A stretch of DNA of 64,000 nucleotides from the UHGV virus genome UHGV-0057547. One strand, 5' to 3'. Numbering within the stretch: position 1 is the stretch's first letter; the number at the start of each line of letters is the position of its first letter. Shown here one piece after another: positions 41,466 to 53,253 of the stretch. This DNA is from a virus. Below the pieces are notes generated by a model. The model was given only the letters and a program-made list of their open reading frames with translations. It did not search any database and had not been told where the DNA came from. The translations under genes and the position numbers were made by a program.

Positions 41466-42364
41466 GTGAGTGAAGAAAAAAAGCAAAAGAAGTTGTTTGC
41501 AGAAACTTCTGTAGCTAACAATGCACAAAAATATACAACTAAACCAGTTAAATATAGTGCTAGTGAAATAATGGGATTCTTAGAAGACCCACAAGCAAAT
41601 GCACTTAACTTACAAAAAGCTAGTATTTGGTTGTATTATAATAGTGGTATATACAATAGAATAATTAATAACTATGCTGGTATGAATATCTATGATTTAT
41701 ATTTATATCCAACTACAATTAGTAAATTTTCTAAATCAAAAAGAAAAATAACACCTGATAAATTATATAAAGATTATTTAGATATAAGTAATTTATTAGA
41801 AAGAATTAGTTGGAAATCAAATTATCGTAATATAGGAGTTAACCTTATGATACAAGGAGAAGTTTTCTTATATGATGTATCTGATAATCAAGGTACTATA
41901 TTAAAAGAAATACCAACTGAAATATGTAAAATATGTAAGGTTATAAATGATAATTTATATAAATATGCAATCAATGTAAATAAATTAGGTACAGCAGAAT
42001 ATTATTCAATGATGCCTTTAGGATTACAAAGATTATATGACCAACATAAAGCAGGTTCACTATCACCTGAACAATATTTAGGAACTGCTGGTTCAGGTTA
42101 TGTAATAGTAGATGACCCTGAAGCAATATGTTTAAGTTTAAATAATATGACTTCAACAAAATCTGTTCCAACTTTATCTTATTTATTTCCTTCATTATTA
42201 AGATTAATGGAAGAAGAAGAAAATGAAGTTGTGGAAAATAAAGCTAATAATTTAAAAATGATACATATGCAATATGATGTAGATGAAGAAGGCGAATCAA
42301 GAATAGCTGAAGCTGACCTTATAAAAATGCATAATTCAGCTAAAGCCAATTTACCAGTAGGAGT
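41466..42364 (+). CDS. Portal protein, exon 1
   Basis: Gene order after terL, size and acidic C-terminus of the spliced product; exon ends ggagt (2-nt carry-over). Confidence 0.5.
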
Positions 42365-43679
42365 AACATATAGCTCCCTATGTTTATAAAAAGCATAGAA
42401 AACTCTTTTAATTGCTGGAAACTCCTAAAGCTCAATTCACTAAAACATAATCTGAAAATGATAAGTGTGAATGTTACGAAAGTAGAAAAAAGTAATTGAG
42501 ATTACCCAAGGTTAAATCCTAAAGGTGAATGAATGGACAATCAGCAACCAAGATTTTAAGTTTAATTCATTGATTTTTAATATAATATAAAATAAAGTGA
42601 GGTAATTAATATAGCATTAAAATGGACTGAAGAAAAAATAATAGAATTTATAAATAATGAAAATTATATAGTAAAAAAAATAATAAGTGGAATTGGAAAA
42701 GAAACGAGATTATTGGTATGGTGTGGTAATCCTAATCATAAACCATATAAAGTTATTTTTAATAATTTTAAAAGAGGAACAAGATGTCAGTCTTGTTATG
42801 ATGAAAGAAGAAGAAAATGGACTGATGAAATTATTAAAGAATATTTAGAAAGTTATAAATATAAACTAATAGAAATTATAAAATCTAAAGGCGTTCAATC
42901 TATTGTAAAAATAAAATGTCCTAAATGTGGATATGTATATACTATTAAATTTGATACATTTAGAAATGGTCGTAGATGTATGCAATGTTTTCTTAAAGAA
43001 AATAGAATTAGTGAAGAAGAAATAAAAAAAATAATAAAAGATAATAAAGATATATTAATAGATATTGAGTATCATAGTTTAGATAGTATTTTATATTTAT
43101 ATTGTAATAAATGTAAAAAAAATTATCCTATTACATTTTATTGGTATTTAAAAGGCGGAAGATGCAAGTTTTGCAAAGAATCAAGAGGGGCTAGAAAAAT
43201 AAGAGAATATTTAGAAAATAAACAATATAATTTTAAACAAGAATTTAGAATTAAAGAATGTAGATATAAATTTCCATTACCATTTGATTTTATGGTTACT
43301 ATAAATGATAATATTATTTTAATAGAATTCGATGGGTTAGAACATTATGAACCTATTGAGTATTTTGGAGGTATAGTTAAATTTAATGAAAGAAAAAGAA
43401 ATGATAATATTAAAAATCAATATTGTAAAGATAATAATATAAAACTTATAAGGATTCCATATTGGGAATATGACAACATAGATGAAATATTAAATAAAGA
43501 ATTAAACTTAAAATAAGGTTCAACGACTAGAGCGTAAGCTCGTAGAGTGTAAGTGATTGACACTCGAAATGGAGAGTATCTAATAATAGGTAGTGATATA
43601 GTCTAGTCTCATATGAAAGTATGAGCAGTTCATAAGAGAACGGATTAGGAGTAGCGACCCTAATTGAATACAACGTTTG
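42365..43679 (+). mobile_element. Group I intron carrying a Zn-ribbon/DUF559 homing-endonuclease ORF
   Basis: P1 ggagt/gctcc; cores as in the other type-1 introns; 3' end aacgtttg fixed by reading frame. Confidence 0.6.
42713..43516 (+). CDS. Homing endonuclease, Zn-ribbon repeats plus DUF559/Vsr-like domain; conserved N-terminal region extends to an ATA at 42611 behind a good RBS (possible start-codon mutation)
   Basis: TTG at 42713 is the first canonical start; upstream in-frame IALKWTEEKIIEF matches paralog N-termini. Confidence 0.5.
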   Translation: MVWCGNPNHKPYKVIFNNFKRGTRCQSCYDERRRKWTDEIIKEYLESYKYKLIEIIKSKGVQSIVKIKCPKCGYVYTIKFDTFRNGRRCMQCFLKENRISEEEIKKIIKDNKDILIDIEYHSLDSILYLYCNKCKKNYPITFYWYLKGGRCKFCKESRGARKIREYLENKQYNFKQEFRIKECRYKFPLPFDFMVTINDNIILIEFDGLEHYEPIEYFGGIVKFNERKRNDNIKNQYCKDNNIKLIRIPYWEYDNIDEILNKELNLK

Positions 43680-44241
43680 TGTAAATACTAACCCTTTGAA
43701 AGTACAAGCATTAACATTACAAAGAACTGGTAATGTAAATGCAAGTAATAGACAAACATTAACTGAATTAGTTTATAATAATTCAGGTGTTAATAGTGAG
43801 ATATTCAATGGTAATCAAAGTAATAACCAAGCTATACTTACTGGAGTAACAGCAGATGAAATATATTGTGATGTTTTAAATAATGTATTTGAAAACTATA
43901 CTAAATATAGAGTAAAACAATTAAAAAGAAATCCTTTATGGATGGTTAGATTTGTAAGAAACACTCAATACAATAAACAAACTTTAGTAACAGAATCAAT
44001 GCAAGGTTGTACAGTAGGATTATCAAGAATGAAATTTTTAGCTTGTAATCATTATGCACCATTAGAAGCATTATCATTACTTGAATTTGAAACTGAAAAT
44101 GGTATAGATGAATTCTTTGTACCTCTAGCTACTTCTTACACTCAAAGTGGAGATGAAGAAGAAGAATTAGGTAGACCTAAGAATTCAGAAAACCCTGATA
44201 ATCAAAAAGATGTTGGCGAGAATCCTGATAGCACTAAATAA
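43680..44241 (+). CDS. Portal protein, exon 2
   Basis: Frame continuity with exon 1 across the intron. Confidence 0.5.
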
Positions 44242-44327
44242 TACTTCATTTTTCGATATTTTATTAAAAATATCGTCTTATAAATAATATGTAAGATTGA
44301 CATTTTTCAAAGGAGAGTGTTGCTTTT

Positions 44328-44522
44328 ATGCTTGTTTATACGACTGATGAAAGTATAAAAGATAAATTGTTAGATAATAAACAAGTTCTAAAAAAACAAA
44401 AAGAAGTTAATGGAGAAATGATTTATGTATTCTTTATTAATGATATGAGTTTATTAAATAGAAATTTTAGTAAAGAAGAAAATAGTAAAATAATATTAGT
44501 AAATAACAAATTTACCTTCTAA
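44328..44522 (+). CDS. Hypothetical small protein
   Basis: ORF with RBS aaaggagag. Confidence 0.3.
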   Translation: MLVYTTDESIKDKLLDNKQVLKKQKEVNGEMIYVFFINDMSLLNRNFSKEENSKIILVNNKFTF

Positions 44523-44523
44523 T

Positions 44524-45098
44524 TTGAAAGGAGGTGTAATTATGAATAACAAACTTAGATTACCTATTAAAAGATTTGAAAGTACAGATGAAGTTTTAGT
44601 TAATACAAACTTTAAAAAAGTTAAAATATACATTATGCATACAGGTGAAAACCTTAATGGTTCTGTATTTTCAGTAGATAGTATAAATGATTCAATAGAT
44701 ACACTTGCAAACATTCCAATATTGGCATTTGTTGAAAAAACTGATGGACAAGATAACAAAGATTTTGCAGGACATGAAACTGATTTAGATATATTTACAG
44801 ATGAAGATGGAACAATTAAAGTAAGAGAATACTATAAAGAAGTACCTATTGGAGTAATACCTGAAAGTAATGATTATTTCTTTGAAGAAAAAGATGGAGA
44901 AACATACTTAGGGTGTTATGGTTACATATGGAAATGTTATTCTAATGATGCTTATGACATATTAGAAGAAGACCAAGAAAAAGAAGTCTCTATGGAAATT
45001 TATATAAATAATTGTTCTTATGATAGAAAACAAAGATGTAATATTAATAAATTTGAATTTCTTGGAGTTACAGTGTTAGGTGCTAAATACCCAGGAGT
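44524..45098 (+). CDS. Prohead protease/scaffold-like protein, exon 1
   Basis: Position between portal and capsid genes; exon ends ggagt paired to gctcc. Confidence 0.4.
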
Positions 45099-45491
45099 GA
45101 TTAGCTCCCTATATGGAGTGATTCATATAGCAAACTCTCTGAATTGCTTGTAAATCCTAAAGCTAACTAAACTACAACGTGATTGGAAACAATGGGCGTG
45201 AATGTGGCGAAAGCAGAAAAAATTAGTTAGATGGTATATGGTTAAATCCTAAGTACTTTTACAATGGAAGTCTAGCAGGTAAGATTCTAAATTACTATAA
45301 GTGATATGAATAAACTTCAACGACTATTGAAATAATTGTAAGAACCTTATTACAATTAAAGTAAAGTACATTCAAGTGAATGGAAGTAGAGAGTGTCTTA
45401 TTTAATTAATGTAAGATAATGATATAGTCTCAACGTTTAGCGAAAGCTAAAGAAGTTCATAAGAGAACTGCATAAGAATAACGAACTTATG
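45099..45491 (+). mobile_element. ORF-less group I intron (3' boundary within 45483-45509)
   Basis: P1 ggagt/gctcc, P2 ctatatggagtgattcatatag, complete 5' and 3' cores without ORF. Confidence 0.55.
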
Positions 45492-46707
45492 TGAAGATAT
45501 TGCTATGGGGGAAGATTGTGTACTTAGTATGAATTTTTCTAAAGAAGATAGTGAATATAAAGAATATTTATCTTCTGTTGAAAAATTAAATAAATTATTA
45601 AAATGTCAAAGAGAGGAGGGATTAAGTGTGGATGTAAATAAAGAAACTTCTACTGTTGAAAACAAAGAAGAATTTGCTGAAGAAAACAAAGATGAAGAAG
45701 TTTGTCCTGAATGTGGTGAAAATCCTTGTGTATGCAAAAAAGAAAATCATGCAGTTAATGATGATGAAGAAGATAAAGCAGATGACAAAAAAGATGATGA
45801 TAAAGAAGACGATAAAGACAAAGAAGATGAATCTTGTAAAAAGAAAAATCATGCAACTGAAGATAAAGCAGATGATGATAAAAAAGACGATAAAGCAGAT
45901 GACGAGGAAGACGACGACAAAGATGATGATAAATCAGATGAAGAAGATGACAAAGATAAAGACAAAGAAGATGAATCTTGCAAAAAGAAAAATCATACAG
46001 TAGAAGATGACAAAGCAGACTTTGGACTTTCTTTAAATAATACATTTAAAGCTATAAGAAAACAATTAGAATCTTACACTTATGAATATGTGAGCTATTG
46101 GGGTGACACTTATACTTGGAGAAAATATTACGTAGTAGAATTAATCCCTGAAGATTCTGTTGTTGTTATAGAAGATGAAGAAGAAAATGAATTCTATGGA
46201 GTAACTTATTCTATAAATAATGATGATGTTACTTTAGATTTGGATAATAAAGCATTATATATTCAAGAATGGAGACCTAAAGAAACTAGTTCTGCTAGAT
46301 TTGAAAATACTGATAAAAAAGAAAAATATACTGCTAAAGATGAAATGTATCAAGCAGTTGGAAAAGAATTAAAAGAACTTAGACAATTTAAAGCTGATAT
46401 AGAAGCTCAAGAAGAAAAGGCTCAATTCGATGAAAAAGTTAATGCTATCTTATCACAATTTGAATTCAATGAAGAAGAAACTTCTGATTTAGTAGAAAAA
46501 GTTTATAACAAATCAATTAATTTAGATATGTTTGAAACTTGCTTATTTGCTTTAGAAGCTAAAAAGAATAGAGCAGAAAAAGAAAAATTTGCTAAAATGG
46601 AAAAAGAAAACAGTTTAAATATAGTTGATTCTAAAAAAGAAGAACCAGCAAAACCAAAATCAAGATTTGATTATCTATTAAAAGAATTTGGAAACAAAAA
46701 TAAATAA
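45492..46707 (+). CDS. Prohead protease/scaffold-like protein, exon 2 (acidic tandem repeats, coiled-coil C-terminus)
   Basis: Three repeats of KEDESCKKKNH.(T/V)EDKADD; scaffold-like composition. Confidence 0.4.
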
Positions 46708-46726
46708 TAAAAGGAGCATGAAAAAC

Positions 46727-47251
46727 ATGGATGTAAAAAATATAGTTAGATTAGACATAATCGAAGGTAAACCAAGAACATTTGTTCATAGTGAAAACTT
46801 ACAAAATGGACTTTTCCTAGAAATAGATGGAAAAGTTGAAAATGCTGTACTAGGAGTTGAAGCTGATTATGAAGCTTATAAAGTTAAATTAGCTACTGCT
46901 GATACTAAAAGAGCTAATTTATTATTCCATTGCAGTGTTGCAAACCAATACGATGAAAGAAAATTACCTTGCGAATTTGAATTAGAAGCAGGTAGACCAG
47001 GAAGAGGATATCAACCAGTTTTAGGTGATATAGTTACAATACCTGAAGCATTAGTTGCTGATACAGTAGTTGAAAAAGACGAATTAAAATTAGGAGCAGA
47101 TGGTAAATTAGCTAAAGCTACTACTGGTGACACTGTAATAGCTGTTGTTGAAGCTAAAGAAGACATAGTAATACCTATGTATAAATATGAATTTGGAAAA
47201 CAAGGTGTAGACGATACAGTACAAAAATCATTAGTAATAAGATTTGTATAA
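46727..47251 (+). CDS. Hypothetical virion protein (possible head decoration protein)
   Basis: Position between scaffold and major capsid genes. Confidence 0.35.
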   Translation: MDVKNIVRLDIIEGKPRTFVHSENLQNGLFLEIDGKVENAVLGVEADYEAYKVKLATADTKRANLLFHCSVANQYDERKLPCEFELEAGRPGRGYQPVLGDIVTIPEALVADTVVEKDELKLGADGKLAKATTGDTVIAVVEAKEDIVIPMYKYEFGKQGVDDTVQKSLVIRFV

Positions 47252-47287
47252 AATATAAAATAAATAAAATATAAGATAAAAAGGAGA

Positions 47288-47737
47288 ATGAGACGAATGT
47301 CAGAATTAAATATAACTGATGTAAGAGATATGGCTTACAGTCTATATAAAGGTAAAACTGCTAATTTCGATGCAGAATCTGCAAATGAAGCTATAAAAAA
47401 TATAATACTTAAAACAGCTGGATGTGAAGATGGTTGGGATATGTATAAATTCATGGATAACAAATACAAAGTATTTGCTATAATGAGAGAAATATTAACT
47501 CCAGTTGTAGCTGAAAATGTTTTAGCTAGATTTGAATCTTGGGTAGACATAGAAGATATAGCTTTAGGTGATACTAAAGACTTTGAAGTTATGAACCAAG
47601 AATTATTTGAAATAGGATATGTAGCTGATGGTACTTCTGAATTAAGAAGACAAAACTTAACTCATGGTAAAATTACTATGACTGGTTTCCAATTAGGTGC
47701 TAAATTATATACTGAATTTGATGACTTTAGAAGGGGT
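47288..47737 (+). CDS. Major capsid protein, exon 1
   Basis: Position and size; exon ends ggggt paired to IGS gcccc (compensatory change relative to ggagt/gctcc). Confidence 0.5.
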
Positions 47738-49092
47738 AACTTAGTTTACTAGACAGCCCCCTATGTTTGTAAAAAGCATAGCAAATCCTTTTAATTGCTG
47801 GAAACTCCTAAAGCTCAATTCACTACAACGTAAGGTTAAATCCTAAGCGTGAATGTTACGAAAGTAGAAAAAAGTAATTGAGATTACCCAAGGTTAAATC
47901 CTAAAGGTGAATGAATGGACAATCAGCAGGGAAGATTTTAATTAACACTTAATTTTTTATAAGTTTATGAGTATAATATAAATAAGTGGAGGTGATGAAA
48001 ATGACAAGAAAGATTTGGAATGAAATTACAATAAAAGAATTTATAGAAAATGAAACAAATTATAAATTCATATCAATGGTTAAATTAAATGGAATGAAAT
48101 CAATAGTGCTAGTATGGTGCGGTAATACTAATCATAAACCTTATAAAGTTCGATTTGATGCATTTAAAGGTACTTCTAAAAAAGAAGGAACGAGATGTGA
48201 ACAATGTAGAAGAGAAAAGGATACTATTTGGACTAAAGATGAAATTATAAAATATGTAGAATCTCAAGATTATAAATTTATAAGATTTGTAAAATTTAAT
48301 AAATATGCAAGTATAATAGAAATTCAATGTAATAAAGGACACGAATCATATGAAACATACTTTAGTAATTTCTATAATAATAGAAGATGTTTTCAATGTC
48401 ATATAATATGGTCTAAAAAAGATATTATTAATTTTATAGAATCTCAAAATTATAAATTTATAAGATTTATAACATATGAAAAAAATAATAGTTTAATAGA
48501 GATAAAGTGTCCTAAAGGACATATGAATCAAGTTAGATTTAGAAAATTTAAAGAAGGAACTAGATGCACAGAATGTAATAAGTCTAAAGGTGAGGAAAAA
48601 GTAAAAGATATATTAAAAGAAATGTGTATAGATTTTAAATCACAATACAAATTCAAAGATTGTAAATGTAAAAAAGAGTTGCCATTTGATTTTTACATAC
48701 CTTCATTAAATATTGCAATAGAATATGATGGAATACAACATTTTGAAATATTACCACATTGGGGTGGTATTGATAAACTTATAGAAACTAAAATACATGA
48801 TGAAATAAAAACACAATATTGTAAAAGAAAAAGAATAAAACTTATTAGAATTCCTTATTGGGAATTTAAAAATATAGAAAACATACTTATAAAAGAATTA
48901 GTGTTAAATTAGAATAACCTTCAACGACTAGAGCATAAGCTCGTACACTCAAGTGGGTGGAAATGGAGGATACCTAGAAATAGGTAGTGATATAGTCTTG
49001 TCTCATGTGAAAGCATGAGCAGTTCATAAGAGAACGGATTAGGAGTAACGACCCTAGTCGAAAATAAACGCAGAACTGATTTTGCTGAATGG
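47738..49092 (+). mobile_element. Group I intron carrying a Zn-ribbon/DUF559 homing-endonuclease ORF
   Basis: P1 ggggt/gcccc; P2 ctatgtttgtaaaaagcatag; 3' end ...gattttgctgaatgg fixed by frame. Confidence 0.6.
47986..48912 (+). CDS. Homing endonuclease, Zn-ribbon repeats plus DUF559/Vsr-like domain
   Basis: ELPFDFYIPSLNIAIEYDGIQHFE...KRIKLIRIPYWEF. Confidence 0.6.
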   Translation: MEVMKMTRKIWNEITIKEFIENETNYKFISMVKLNGMKSIVLVWCGNTNHKPYKVRFDAFKGTSKKEGTRCEQCRREKDTIWTKDEIIKYVESQDYKFIRFVKFNKYASIIEIQCNKGHESYETYFSNFYNNRRCFQCHIIWSKKDIINFIESQNYKFIRFITYEKNNSLIEIKCPKGHMNQVRFRKFKEGTRCTECNKSKGEEKVKDILKEMCIDFKSQYKFKDCKCKKELPFDFYIPSLNIAIEYDGIQHFEILPHWGGIDKLIETKIHDEIKTQYCKRKRIKLIRIPYWEFKNIENILIKELVLN

Positions 49093-49638
49093 ATAAGCAG
49101 ATTAGGAAAATCATTTGAAGTTAAAATAGGTGAATATATAGTTAGAGGTATAGAAGATGCTTACTCTAGTTTAGGTGCTAAATTCGGTGTGACTGGTGCA
49201 TACCAAGATGAAAAAATGGTTGAATTAATAGAAAGAGTTGAAGCTAAAACTGGACAAAAAGCTACTATATACGGAACTAAAACTGCTTTAGCTAAATTAA
49301 GAACTGGTGCAGATGGTGCATTCCAAGCATACTTATCAGATAGCGACAAAGAAAACATAAGCAAAACTGGTAGAGTTGGAGATTACTACGGAACTCCTGT
49401 TGTTGAAATACCTCAATCAGTTAACAGAAAAGATGAATTTATGTTAAGTAATAAAATGCTTTATGTAATACCTAACGGAACTAAAATAATAAAATTATTA
49501 TTTGAAGGCGATGTAGATGTTATAGAAGTATCTGACCCAGCAGTAAGAAAAGATATGCAATTTGAATATATGTTCATGAGAAGAATACAATTAGGTGTTT
49601 GTAAAGCTTCTGTTTATGGAATATACAAAATGAACTAA
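49093..49638 (+). CDS. Major capsid protein, exon 2
   Basis: Continuous frame with exon 1 after intron removal. Confidence 0.5.
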   Translation: MSRLGKSFEVKIGEYIVRGIEDAYSSLGAKFGVTGAYQDEKMVELIERVEAKTGQKATIYGTKTALAKLRTGADGAFQAYLSDSDKENISKTGRVGDYYGTPVVEIPQSVNRKDEFMLSNKMLYVIPNGTKIIKLLFEGDVDVIEVSDPAVRKDMQFEYMFMRRIQLGVCKASVYGIYKMN

Positions 49639-49704
49639 TTTATAAATAGTAAAAAAGGGAGGATATAATTTCTCCCTCGTATAATTATTTAAAGGAGAGA
49701 TAAT

Positions 49705-50295
49705 ATGCGTGAAAGAAAAAAAGATAGATTAGATAAAAAAACAATCAGTGAGATGAAAAGAGATTTAAAGGATGCAGATATAACAATTAAAAATAATTCT
49801 ATATTTGAAGTCGTTCTTAGAAGTGATAAAAATGGTGGAAGCTATATATCTTTAAAACCAACTGAAGAAGAAGATATAACTTTTAGTGATTTACAAAGTA
49901 TAGTAAAAAAACAAAAGAGCTTATTTGAAGATTTCTCAGTATTAATAGAAGATGTATATTGTCCGAATAATGAAAATATTGGTATAGAAGAATTAGAACA
50001 AATAGTAGGATTAGGAAGAATTAAAAAAGGCATGGAAGAAATCCCTGATGAAGAGTATTTTGATGATTTACTTTCAGCTGACTGTAGTGTAGATGAGTTT
50101 TTCTATGAAGTAGATAAAATGAAAATCCAAGTAATTAATAGATTGATTGAAAGAGCTATTTATTTATATAAAGAAAAAGAGTTTTCTAATAATTTCAAAA
50201 TGTCATATTTAGAGAAAAAACTCGGTGTACAAAATGTTTTTGATGATATAGATAGAAGTATGAAGAAGATACAATCAGATGTAGATAGATTATAA
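49705..50295 (+). CDS. Hypothetical head-tail connector region protein
   Basis: ORF track; gene order. Confidence 0.35.
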   Translation: MRERKKDRLDKKTISEMKRDLKDADITIKNNSIFEVVLRSDKNGGSYISLKPTEEEDITFSDLQSIVKKQKSLFEDFSVLIEDVYCPNNENIGIEELEQIVGLGRIKKGMEEIPDEEYFDDLLSADCSVDEFFYEVDKMKIQVINRLIERAIYLYKEKEFSNNFKMSYLEKKLGVQNVFDDIDRSMKKIQSDVDRL

Positions 50296-50302
50296 GAAGG
50301 AG

Positions 50303-50770
50303 GTGTTCATAATGACACCTGTTTCAAACATATATGCAAGAATATCAGTTCTTATTGAGGATTCGAGATATTGCAAAATATCTGATGAAGAAATTGAGTT
50401 TATATTTGAAAAATATATAGAAACTGCAATTGTTCTTTTTAAAGAATTAAATAAAAAATATAAACCTAGAGTAGTTGAAGATGAATTTGGTGAAAAATTT
50501 ATTAAGAAAACTATAAATTCTGATGATGAAGATTTAGATTTAGATGAAGAAGTTATATTGGCTCATGGTATGATAATATCATGGCATAATAGTGTAGTTC
50601 TTAGAGATAGATTCTTAAAACAAAACCTTAATACAAGCGATTTCCAACAATTATCTAATGCTACAATGTTAGCTAATAATGAAGTTTTACATGAAAGAAT
50701 TGAAAAAGATTTCATTAAAATGAGGATAAGATACAGAAATAGAGATTGGTCAGGTGATGGATTTGAATAA
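50303..50770 (+). CDS. Hypothetical head-tail joining protein
   Basis: ORF track; gene order. Confidence 0.35.
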   Translation: MFIMTPVSNIYARISVLIEDSRYCKISDEEIEFIFEKYIETAIVLFKELNKKYKPRVVEDEFGEKFIKKTINSDDEDLDLDEEVILAHGMIISWHNSVVLRDRFLKQNLNTSDFQQLSNATMLANNEVLHERIEKDFIKMRIRYRNRDWSGDGFE

Positions 50771-51734
50771 TAAAGATTATCTTCAAATATTTAGAAGAAG
50801 AATGTATACTAATAGAGTTTGTAATCCATCAGAAGCAGGAACACAGGAAGCGAGAGAAACCTTCGATGATTTAATAGATAATAAACTTGCACCAACTGTA
50901 CATACAGTTCCTTATGTAAAAAGAGAGAATGTTGGAAAGAGTACTAAAGATTGTGAAATCAATGTTTTAGTTGAAGATACTTCTAAGAATGACCAAAAAA
51001 CTAATGATGAAAAATATTTTAGCTTTAAATGGGATATGGATGTTAATAGTGGAGATATATTATTTTGGCATGGACTATGGTGGGTAATGTATCATGAAGA
51101 AAAGAAAGCCGTATTATCACATAAAACTTTTACAGCTAAAAAATGTAATTTTTCATATGCATTTGATTTTCATGGAAAAAGATATATCATACCAATGTTA
51201 GTAACAAACTTAACACTATATAGTGATGGTTTAAAAGACAAGGTTTATATGTCTAATGAAGATGGTAAAAGAAGATTAACTTTTACAGATAATGAATTAA
51301 CAAAACCACTTGATTGTGGTCTTAAAATAATGGTTAGTGGTAAAGTCTTTGAAATTACTCATATAGATGATTTCAGTAGACCAGGTGTAAAAGATTGTAT
51401 TGTCGGACAAATTTTTTCAACATCACTGGATGATAAAAAGAATAATCATGCTTATAATAAAGTAAATGATGAAGTTGATGAAAGTGGAATTATAGGTCTT
51501 GATTATATATATTTAGGTGGTAATGAAGTTTATACAACAAATCATGAAGTTATCAGATGGGAAATAGAAGCCAAAGATAACTGTGTTTACATAGATACTA
51601 AATACAATGGTAAAGGTTGTAGGATAATTTGTACGGATGATATTGATTATATAGGCACTAAGGTTAAATTAAAAATAATAAGAAGAAATCAAGAAGATAT
51701 AGTTAAAGAAATTTTAGTGAAGGGGATGTTTTAG
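50754..51734 (+). CDS. Hypothetical virion protein
   Basis: ORF track. Confidence 0.35.
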   Translation: MMDLNNKDYLQIFRRRMYTNRVCNPSEAGTQEARETFDDLIDNKLAPTVHTVPYVKRENVGKSTKDCEINVLVEDTSKNDQKTNDEKYFSFKWDMDVNSGDILFWHGLWWVMYHEEKKAVLSHKTFTAKKCNFSYAFDFHGKRYIIPMLVTNLTLYSDGLKDKVYMSNEDGKRRLTFTDNELTKPLDCGLKIMVSGKVFEITHIDDFSRPGVKDCIVGQIFSTSLDDKKNNHAYNKVNDEVDESGIIGLDYIYLGGNEVYTTNHEVIRWEIEAKDNCVYIDTKYNGKGCRIICTDDIDYIGTKVKLKIIRRNQEDIVKEILVKGMF

Positions 51735-51737
51735 AAT

Positions 51738-52238
51738 ATGGCATTATATGGTTATACGAATAAAGTGTTAGCTGAGATTCATGCACATTTATTAAAACAC
51801 CCTGAGCTAACAAAATTCTTATATTATACTGATAATGAATATAAAGAAAAAGATATATTAGAACAAGAAAAACCAAAAGTTAGTGATATAGCAAATAAAA
51901 AGATATTCATGTATAAAAGAGTAGAAGAAACAGTTAAAGATGCTGGTGCTTATATGTTTATAGATGTATATAGAATTACTCCTACAACAATTGGGGGTAA
52001 AATTAGAGAAGTAACTTTTACAGTAGATATATTAGTTCATCAAGATTGTGTTGATACAATGCATGGTAATAGAGCAATTTGTATATTAAGTGCCTTAGAA
52101 GAAGCATTAGGTGAATATGTGAAAAAACATTCCATTGGTTCTATTGATTTAATTAGGGTCGCTCCTATATTAGGTATAATTAAACAATTCACCGGATACC
52201 AAATGCAATTCAGAGCCTATGGATTTAATGGAGATTAA
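51738..52238 (+). CDS. Hypothetical tail-completion-like protein
   Basis: ORF track; gene order. Confidence 0.3.
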   Translation: MALYGYTNKVLAEIHAHLLKHPELTKFLYYTDNEYKEKDILEQEKPKVSDIANKKIFMYKRVEETVKDAGAYMFIDVYRITPTTIGGKIREVTFTVDILVHQDCVDTMHGNRAICILSALEEALGEYVKKHSIGSIDLIRVAPILGIIKQFTGYQMQFRAYGFNGD

Positions 52239-52241
52239 TAT

Positions 52242-53066
52242 ATGAAAAAGGTAAAGGAAGAAAAATTATATTTTGGTATACCTATAAAGTTTAATGATGA
52301 AGTTACTTTATATCAACCAACTTTAAAAGATATAATTTATAGTGACTTATCTTTTGAAGCTTTAGTAGAACCATTTATGTCTTTAGATAAAAGAAATTTT
52401 GAATCAGAAGAAGAAAATAGTGAATTAGAAAATTTTGATATGTTTTTTATTCAAATATTTACTTCTTATCTATCTGTGCTTAAAAATGGTGAAAGTATCA
52501 CTTTGCAAGAATGGTTAGATTCAGAACTCTCTAAAGGCTTGGTACTTAATAGACTTGTAAAAGTTATTAAATTTTTGTTCAAGACTGATGATGTTCAAGT
52601 TTCAATGTGTGAAAATATCATTGATAAATTGGATGATAACTATATTTTAATCAATAAGTCTTATAAAATAAATAGAAGTAACTATGAGGACTTTAAATGG
52701 ATAATCTGTGATATATTTGATACAGATATGAAAGTAGAAAAGAAACGCCCTCAAACTGAAGAAGAAGATGAACTTGCTAAAAGATTCGCTAAGAAGAAAG
52801 CAAGTTATGAGAAACAATATGGTAGAGAGGCTAGAGAAGGTAAAAATAAAGACCATTTAACAATTTATACTCTAGTTAACTACATAGTAAATAATAAAAA
52901 TTCTCAATATACTTATGAGAGTATACAAAATTTAACAATATATCAAATTAAAAACACTTTCAAATATTATCAAAATCAAGAAAGTTATGATATAGATATC
53001 AGATATAGAACCAGTGGTAATTTTAAAGTAGATAAACAAAGTGAACATTGGTTCTTTGATAAATAA
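52242..53066 (+). CDS. Hypothetical virion protein
   Basis: ORF track. Confidence 0.35.
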   Translation: MKKVKEEKLYFGIPIKFNDEVTLYQPTLKDIIYSDLSFEALVEPFMSLDKRNFESEEENSELENFDMFFIQIFTSYLSVLKNGESITLQEWLDSELSKGLVLNRLVKVIKFLFKTDDVQVSMCENIIDKLDDNYILINKSYKINRSNYEDFKWIICDIFDTDMKVEKKRPQTEEEDELAKRFAKKKASYEKQYGREAREGKNKDHLTIYTLVNYIVNNKNSQYTYESIQNLTIYQIKNTFKYYQNQESYDIDIRYRTSGNFKVDKQSEHWFFDK

Positions 53067-53107
53067 AATATAAAATAATAAAATAATTAAAAGAAAGGTG
53101 ATTACAA

Positions 53108-53253
53108 ATGGCTACACTATTTGCTATAAAAGATGCAATAGATTTAAAAATAACTAAAAAAGGTGAATCAGCAGTTTTCACTACAATAGACTACTTAAAT
53201 GAATGTCAAATACAAATGGACTCAGAACAAGTATATGCTCTTAAAAAAGGAGT
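53108..53253 (+). CDS. Major tail protein-like, exon 1
   Basis: Exon ends ggagt paired to gctcc; spliced product ends in an Ig-like-looking C-terminal exon. Confidence 0.4.
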
